64,000 nt of DNA from Octopus vulgaris (Eukaryota), in the NCBI GenBank assembly GCA_951406725.2, contig OX597837.1, forward strand, positions 34,100,001-34,164,000, written 5' to 3'. The notes under the pieces were generated by a model. That model was given only the letters and a program-made list of their open reading frames with translations, ran no database searches and had not been told where the DNA came from. Of the stretch, positions 55,981 through 64,000 are shown in pieces. The position numbers were made by a program, and so were the translations under genes. Position 1 is the stretch's first letter. Every line of letters starts with the position of its first letter.

Positions 55981-56284
55981 AGAGAGAGAGTGTGTTTGTG
56001 TAGTGGGGCGGTAATATTATGTGTCGCCGAAGTATATTATACGTCATGATAGATGAAGCGATTTAAAGTTTTGCTTTGCTGAGAGCGGCTCCCGACCGTT
56101 ATTTAATCATAACACTTTCACCCTCTTTCACTCTTTCTCTGTTCCTGTTTCTCTTTTTCTGTCTCTCACCACTCAGAAGCACATATATAACATGTATGAT
56201 TTTAGAAATTATATATACACACAGCACATGCTGAAGCAACATTGTGACGAGGTGTGTCTCTACCGCTGCTATACTATCCGAGGG

Positions 56285-56671
56285 TGGAGGCGCAAAGGCC
56301 CAGTGGTTAAGGCAGCGGACTCGCGGTCGTAGGATCGCGGTTTCGATTCCCAGACCGGGCGTTGTGAGTGTTTATTGAGCAAAAACACCTAAAAGCTCCA
56401 CGAGGCTCCGGCAGGGGATGGTGGTGATCCCTGCTGTACTCTTTCACCACAACTTTCTCTCACTCTTACTTCCTGTTTCTGTTGTACCTGTATTTCAAAG
56501 GGGCCGGCCTTGTCACTCTCTGTGTCACGCTGAATATCCCCGAGAACTACGTTAAGGGTACACGTGTCTGTGGAGTGCTCAGCCACTTACACGTTAATTT
56601 CACGAGCAGGCTGTTCCGTTGATTCGGATCAACCGGAAGCCTCGTCGTCGTAACCGACGGAGTGCTTCCAT
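56285..56671 (+). mobile_element. Family C tRNA-derived SINE, full length
   Basis: Box A ggcccagtgg, box B gtttcgattcc, tail gtcgtaaccgacggagtgcttccat. Confidence 0.9.
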
Positions 56672-57042
56672 CCACTATCCGAGGGGAAACAAGACATTCA
56701 TCAATTGATAACAGCCTCTAAATTCCTAAGTAGAGTTAGGGTTGTTAAAATACATATGACTATACATCGTCTTTTCAAAAGTCCTTTTTATAAAGATAGT
56801 ATTTACTTATAGCAAACGCACGGTCCTGGTGCTTAGGGTTGTTACACTCACGACCACAAAATCGTGGTTTCGATTCCCAGACCAGGCAGTGTGTCGTGTT
56901 TTTCAGCAAAACATGTCATTTCGCATAAGCCAGTAGTGGACTGGCGTCTCGTTCATATTGTAATCTCAGTCATTTACATGCCATGGAAACTGGATAACTA
57001 CTCTTATGAGTCCTAAGATTCGAGGCAGTAATATCCAGAGGT

Positions 57043-57331
57043 TGATGATGATGATGATGATGATGTTGATGACGACGATGATAATGATGATGATGATGAT
57101 GATGATGAGATCGACGGCGACAAAGATGATGATGATAGTGATGATGATGACAATGGAGATGATGATAATGATGATGATGATGATGATGATGATGTTGATA
57201 ATGGTAACGATGATGATGTTCGTACTACTGATGATGTTAATGACAATGACAATGATGATGATGATGATGATGATAGTGATGATAATAATGATGATGATGA
57301 TCGTACTGCTGACGATGTTGATGACAATGGA

Positions 57332-57368
<37 letters not shown>

Positions 57369-57557
57369 GTGGTGGTGATGATGATGATGATGATGATGAT
57401 GATGTTGATGATGATGATGATGATGATGATGATAGTGATGATGAGAACAACGGCGACAAAGATGATTATGATAGTGATGATAATAATGATGATGATGGTA
57501 ATGATGATGTTCGTACTACTGACGATGTTGATGGCAATGGAGATGATGATGATGATT

Positions 57558-57602
<45 letters not shown>

Positions 57603-57635
57603 TTCATACTACGGATGATGTTGATGACAATGATA

Positions 57636-57669
<34 letters not shown>

Positions 57670-57680
57670 CGATGATGATA
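57043..57680. repeat. Degenerate (GAT)n with internal higher-order duplications
   Basis: Variants cgtactactga, cggcgacaaa and caatggaga recur. Confidence 0.92.
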
Positions 57681-57681
57681 T

Positions 57682-57805
57682 GGTGCTTGCCTATCCTAGA
57701 GTCTGGAACAAAGTTCGAAAAGTTGTCTGTCGTTAGGTTGCTAATAATGGTTGTGTTTAGACCAAACCCCTTGAAGATCCGCATTAAGTTCATCTTAAAT
57801 ATATA
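57682..57805 (-). pseudogene. Penelope-type reverse transcriptase fragment
   Basis: KMNLMRIFKGFGLNTTIISNLTTDNFSNFVPDSRIGK resembles the PLE RT segment K.L.KIFK..GL.ITI..NL..VNFLDV..DL..G (recalled pattern). Confidence 0.55.
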
Positions 57806-58031
57806 TCAAGAGGCGCAGGTAAACACACCAACGCCAGTGGTCAAGCGGTGCTGGAAGACACACAGACACACACACACAGACACACACACACACACACTCA
57901 CACACACATGTAGAAAGCTTTTTGTCGGCCCAAAACTATAGTGGAAGACACTTGTTAATGGTGCCATGCAGTGGGACTGAACTCGGAACCCTGTGGCTCG
58001 GAAACAAACTCCTTACCACACATCCTGACGA

Positions 58032-58044
58032 ATACATACATACA

Positions 58045-58075
<31 letters not shown>

Positions 58076-58102
58076 TCATACATACATACATACATACATA
58101 CA

Positions 58103-58133
<31 letters not shown>

Positions 58134-58547
58134 TCATACATACATACATACATACATACATACATACATACATACATACATTTATTCATATATACATACA
58201 AACATACATTCATACATACATACATACATACATACATTTATACATACATATATTTATACATACATACATACATACATACATTTATACATACATACATACA
58301 TACATACATACATACATTTATACATACATACATACATACATACATTCATACATTCATACATACATACATACTTTAATACATACATATATACATACATACA
58401 TACATTTATACATACATACATACATACATACATGCATACATACATACATACATACATACATACATACATTTATACATACATACATAGATACATTCATACA
58501 TTCATACATACATACATACATACATACATTCATACATACATACATAG

Positions 58548-58600
<53 letters not shown>
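58032..58600. repeat. (CATA)n microsatellite
   Basis: Direct reading. Confidence 0.95.
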
Positions 58601-58621
58601 ATGTGTGTGTGTGTGAGTATG

Positions 58622-58653
<32 letters not shown>

Positions 58654-59314
58654 CATACCAAAATGATGTGTTATAATACTATTCCACAAACACAAAAACA
58701 GTCATACCAACAATCCGACATATCTCCCATCATCAGCTGCCCCACGGATATCATTATGGTTTCGACACCTGGGCAGTAACCATTCAATCCGGTGATGTCA
58801 ACAGCATTAAAATAAGCGTTGTTTGGGAACAAACATACTAAAGAAACCGCAACTTTCAAACACATTTACCCTGTGTACAACCGTGTCGGTAAATAAATTC
58901 AATAAGCAAATTACAACCAACTCCTGAATACGTAACTAAACAGCGACCATGTATGTATATATATATATCTACGTGTGTGTGTCTTTGTGTTTGTGTTTGT
59001 CCCCCCTTCGCCGCTTGGCAACCGTCGTTGGTGTGTTTACGTCCCCATAACTTAGCGGTTCGGGAAAAGAAAAACGATAAAATAAGTACTAGGCTTTAAA
59101 AATAAGCCCTAGGGTCGACTTGTTCCACTAAAAACCTTAAAGGCGGTGCTCCAGCGTGGCTGTAGTCAAGTGAATGAACCAAGTAAAAGAATAAAGGAAT
59201 TCATAATAATTTTTATAAAAATACAGTAAGATTTGGACTTTTTTTGAGGCGACCCCCAATAGTCAAGGCCTGTCGCACCATATTCTCGTAACTGGGGGCA
59301 GCATTACTCTAGAC

Positions 59315-59533
59315 CAGTGGTTTTCAACCAGTGTTGCGCGGAACCTTAGGGTTCCACCAGTACAGTCCAGGGGTTCCGCAAGAAGTTACAAAACTGCTAA
59401 AATCGACAGTAATTTTTAATTCTCCTGTGCAGATATGTGTGCATAAGACTATTAAATTATTGCACAGGGGTTCCTCGAGCCAGTGGAATGCTTCCTTGGG
59501 GTTCCGCTCCAGCAAAAAATTTGAAAAGCACTG
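59315..59533. mobile_element. hAT-type MITE
   Basis: TIRs cagtggttttcaa / ttgaaaagcactg; 8-bp TSD ctctagac / ttctagac. Confidence 0.85.
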
Positions 59534-59550
59534 TTCTAGACTCTTTAGAT

Positions 59551-59673
59551 CAGTGGTTCACAGCCGGAGTCCATATGGCCCTTGAGGGTCCATATAAGAA
59601 TGTCTATGGAAGTTCAGTAAATGAAAAGAGGAACCCAGGGGGTCCCTAGGCAAAATATGGTTGAGAACCACTG
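59551..59673. mobile_element. Second hAT-type MITE
   Basis: TIRs cagtggttcacagcc / ggttgagaaccactg. Confidence 0.7.
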
Positions 59674-60837
59674 GTCTGCTGTCTTACACTCCATCACAAA
59701 TTGAAGGGTCACGTTACTGAGGCCTGTCCAGCTGTTGGTGTTGACAAATCAAGATCTTTTGTCGGCCACCCTTTGTCCCCATATTTCAACTGAGCTTTAG
59801 AGAATTAAACTGCACAAGGAATTCGGTCAGCGAGCTTTCTGCATAACACTGTAACGAGAAGTAGTCCTCGCTTGTTGGGACATTGACTGGTCGTTGCTGG
59901 ACAAAGGATTTTGCTTTATGTTCAGTGTACCGTTTCGGCCGATAGTGTCCAGCTTTCGCACCTGCACACAAATACCCACTCAAGACACATAAAAACACAC
60001 AATGCACAACCTATACACAACGCAAAACAAACACTCACACATATACTGCATTATTTTATGGAGTAGATTTGCCGAAGTGTTGCGTGATATTATTTTCAAA
60101 GATTTGTTTGTGTAAGGCCGGAACAATGGGAAATCTAAAGTAAACGACAATCAGAAAACAAAACAAAAAACTGGAGTTATAACGCTGTAACGCATTATGC
60201 AACCCGACACAGGTTTCTTCTGCACTGCGGAGTGCATTCGGTTTCACTATACCGTTCCCCACCCACTGAGTTGCAGGGCAGATGTAAGCCGAAACGATCG
60301 TTGTCCGAAATAAAGCTTACATTTCACGCCGTCTTCTCTATCAATTATTTAAAAATACGCACACACACACACATACACACACACACACGTATGCATGTGT
60401 GTATATTAGAGTGGCCCTTAGCAATAGGTAATTTTCGGGAAGTTAAAATTTTGCTGCTCCCACCCCTTAATCCTGTTCAACAACAAAACAGGGTGCGCAA
60501 AATCTCAGCTTAATCGGACAACTGTTAGGCGACCCTCAAACGCCTTGAAGTTGGAACATAGTATACGCAACGATTAACTCTGTTCAAAAACGGTATACTG
60601 TTCCCTTTCTCGACCATTTTCTTTTTTACTTTTTAAGGAAATTTATGTGGACACATCCAGGCAGCCCCAACAGATGTTTAAAAACGTTCTGAATCAAATT
60701 TACCAATACTTATTTACTTATTTCCTGAAATACGATGAAAAACTGAAGAAATATTAGGTTTTCTTAATAAAGCACACAACTTCTGTAAGAGAAACGCATT
60801 TCTTCTTGCAACAATAATTTCTATAGAATCAAAAACA

Positions 60838-61826
60838 GGTGCAGGAGTGGCTGTGTGGTAAGTAGCTTGTTTACCAACCACATGGTTCCGGGTTCAGTCC
60901 CACTGCGTGGAACCTTGGGCAAGTGTCTTCTGCTATAGCCTCGGGCCGACCAAAGCCTTGTGAGTGGATTTGGTAGACGGAAACTGAAAGAAGCCCGTCG
61001 TATATATGTATATATATATGTGTGTGTGTGTATGTGTTTGTGTGTCTGTGTTTGTCCCCCCAGCATTGCTTGATAACCGATGCTGGTGTATTTATGTCCC
61101 CGTTACTTAGCGTTTCGGCAAAAGGACCGATAGAATAAGTACTGGGCTTACAAAAGAATAAGTCCCGGGGTCGAGTTGCTCGATTAAAGGCGGTGCTCCA
61201 GCATGGCCGCAGTCAAATGACTGAAACAAGTAAAAGAGTAAAAGAGAAAAGAGTGTGAATACTAAACACTGAATATTGAACATTTTTGCGTAAGAGAGGC
61301 TTTAATGGCGGTTGTGTATGTTTTACGGTTTTTGATAACGACCTGTAAAACAAATTGTTTCTCAGTTTCATCTTTTGTGACAATTTTATTGTAATCCTGA
61401 ATGAGTTTGACACCTCTTTCTGCAACATCATTCACAATACTCTTTTTACTCTTTTACTTGTTTCAGTCATTTGACTGCGGCCATGCTGGAGCACCGCCTT
61501 TAGTCGAGCAAATCGACCCCCAGGACTTATTCTTTGTAAGCCCAGTACTTATTCTATCGGTCTCTTTTGCCGAACCGCTAACTGACGGGGACGTAAACAC
61601 ACCAGCATCGGTTGTCAAGCAATGCTAGGGGGACAAACACACATACATACACATATATACATATATATACATATATACGACAGGCTTCTTTCAGTTTCCG
61701 TCTACCAAATCCACTCACAAAGCATTGGTCGGCCCGGGGCTATAGCAGAAGACACTTGCCCAAGATGCCACGCAGTTGGACTGAACCCGGAACCATGTGG
61801 TTGGTTAGCAAGCTACTTACCACACA
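60838..61826. mobile_element. Two family A SINEs, tail to tail (60838-61254 plus; 61440-61826 minus)
   Basis: Near-identical copies in opposite orientation. Confidence 0.9.
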
Positions 61827-62815
61827 AGTTTTTCAAGTCCACTTTTGTAACTAGGATCGTCCTTCCACGTTGAAGGGTCTTTGTCGAGGAAATCGATACT
61901 GATAGAAAATCTCGTGAAGAAAGCTTTTGTAGCAGGGGTTACAAAAGACGAAAACTCGATGTTTGTAATGGAAGAAAAGACATTTTGGTGCAGAATGCAC
62001 CCCTGCAGTTGGTTTTTTTTTTCTTCTTCCTCTTTGACTGCTTCCTGCTTAACTTGAGTAATATTTGCCGTCACCTCTGTTGGAACACTGTCATCAAATA
62101 TGGACAAAGCCACAGTTTCGGGAGCTAAGTACCAGAGATGGTTGGACAATTTTTCGCAGCAGCCTTACTGATTTCTGCATCAATATCTCCTGATAATTTA
62201 TCAGTTGACGCAAGAATAAATCATGATAAGGCGCTTTAATTGCTTCCGATGACAGAAACCAGGCTCGAACATACACGCGAACAAGAAAAACACATCTTCT
62301 TCTTCTTAAAGAGTTCTTCTCCCAGGGAGATAACTGAAAAATGATCTTGAAACAGGTATATCTTGAATGCGTAAATTGCTTTTGACATCCACCTAGCATG
62401 ACTGACAGTTCCTGGTGTACGAAACGATATCCTGTTCTTCAGAAAGGGATATCGCTAACTACAACAGTTCTCGGTAATCATTTCGCTGTTGTTTCTGCGT
62501 GGAAAGGTGGTATTTAAAAAATCAAAGAATGGTAGATCGGACATCGTCAGGCACTTCATTGCTACCAGTCATGTAAACCTTGCTGAGATTCGTCCAAGTT
62601 TCTTTAAATCTTTTGAGAAATGCTGCCTGGACCAGAAGTTGCACCCATCAGTGAGTCAGAACAATTCCTAAAAGCTAATTCGAAAATATGGTGACAGCAA
62701 GGGAAGTACAACAGGTCGCGATTGGACGATTTTTCTAGATTTGTACAGGCGCCATTTACTCGATCTGTGTTGCCTGCTGTATCACAGCAGAGTGCTTGAA
62801 TTTTGTCGGTTATAC

Positions 62816-63235
62816 CTATGTCTTTACTACCCACAAGGGGCTAAATACAGAGAGGACAAACAAGGTCAGACAAACGGATTAAGTCGATTATATCGACCCC
62901 AGTGCGTAACTGGTACTTATTTAATCGACCCCGAAAGGATGAAAGGCAAAGTCGACCTCGGCGAAATTTGAACTCACAACGTAACGGCAGACGAAATACC
63001 TATTTCTTTACTACCCACAATATGCTAAACACAGAGCGGACAAACAAGGACAGACATAGGTATTAAGTCGATTACATCGACCCCAGTACGTAACTGGTAC
63101 TTAATTTATCGACCCCGAAAGGACGAAAGGCAAAGTCGACCTCGGCGAAATTTGAACTCACAACAACGTAACGGCAGACGAAATACCGCTAAGCATTTCG
63201 CCCGGCGTGCTAACGTTTCTGCCAGCTCGCCGCCT
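62816..63235 (-). mobile_element. Family B SINE, tandem dimer
   Basis: One head and two units; same junction as in 16787-17378. Confidence 0.9.
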
Positions 63236-63669
63236 TATACCCTCACTGCTCCACTGCTTGGTAAACAGCCATGGCTTGCTGTTCTCCTGAACATGTCGGA
63301 ATTTCATGGACTTCCGACAATTGCTCCTTGCCTTGAAAAGTTACAATTATTGCCAGTCTGTCAACCTTTTCAACGCGTGCGGGTGCTGGGAGAAGCTTTC
63401 CATCCCCGTGAAATTCTTTCAATGGACGAATGTAACTCACAACCTCACTCGCTCACGGCTGGCCGCTGACTGGATGACGGCGAAAAATAAGTGTTTGCCC
63501 TATACCTGTGCTCTGTCCCCAGTTTTGACAGTCGTTTAGGTTAAATTTGTGCTCTATTTCTGTGTCTCGCTTCTCTAAATTTTGTTCTAAGGCGTTGAAA
63601 ATAAGTGTACAAAGCGCATAACATTGTAAAAACGGAGGGGGTTATAAACATGGTATTACAACTTTGTCA

Positions 63670-63947
63670 GGGCTACCAAGTTCAATTCCCGGACACGCGT
63701 TGTGTTCTTGAGCAAGATACTTTATTTCACATTTCTCCAGTCAACTCAGCTGGAAAAATTAGCAGTATCTGTATTTCAAAGGGCCAACCTTGTCACACTG
63801 TGTGTCACGCTGTATCTCCCTGAGGACTACGTTAAGGGTACACGTGTTTGCGGAATGCTCAGCCACTTGCACGTTAATCTAATGAGCAAGCTGTTCCGTT
63901 GACAGTATCAGCTGGGACCCTCACGTCGCAACCGACGGAGTGCTCCA
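63670..63947 (+). mobile_element. Diverged family C-related SINE
   Basis: The 3' half matches 56490-56670. Confidence 0.75.
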
Positions 63948-64000
63948 TCTCTCTCTCTCTCAACACACACACATACATACATACATAATACATACATACA

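Larger units (their letters stand above)
60407..63560 (-). mobile_element. Decayed hAT-related (hATm-like) DNA transposon, interrupted by three SINE insertions
   Basis: Colinear peptides HGDGKLL...DRLAI, IQALCCDT.GNT...GAC..LE...LLYFPCCHHIFEL, NHLWYL, DPSTW, VNDVAERGVKLIQDYN. Probable terminus TAGAGTGGCCC at 60407. Subfamily name is from memory. Confidence 0.75.

Noticed and set aside
56285-56362. tRNA genes
   Set aside because: A and B boxes continue into SINE bodies and no intact cloverleaf is evident.
56966-57941. 311-aa poly-Met and 275-aa poly-Ile ORFs
   Set aside because: Reading frames of the (GAT)n repeat.
58700-58810. Minus-strand CTGATGA and GAAAC words
   Set aside because: Order and pairing do not give a convincing hammerhead fold.

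Overview
Repeat-dense eukaryotic DNA, most consistent with an Octopus (coleoid cephalopod) genome. This is inferred from the SINE families and the microsatellite load, not from a search. No complete host gene is visible. The window holds about 40 copies of three tRNA-derived SINE families, long microsatellites, and decayed mobile elements: Mariner, a hAT(m)-like transposase, RTE and R4/Dong-like LINEs, two Helitrons, a Helentron-type element, and piggyBac- and hAT-type MITEs. Main observations: (1) At least five near-intact minimal type-I hammerhead ribozyme motifs of three sequence families, plus decayed ones, lie in short non-coding Penelope-like element ends. Several are arranged as fold-back palindromes in or near (TA)n tracts, and Penelope GIY-YIG and RT fragments occur in the same window. 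(2) An inversion with a 600-bp inverted duplication at its breakpoints can be reconstructed from two split transposons (6.3-9.3 kb). (3) There is a probable first coding exon of a minus-strand host gene at 37582-37441, with a MAPK-docking-like motif. Almost all ORFs in the supplied track are microsatellite or SINE translations.
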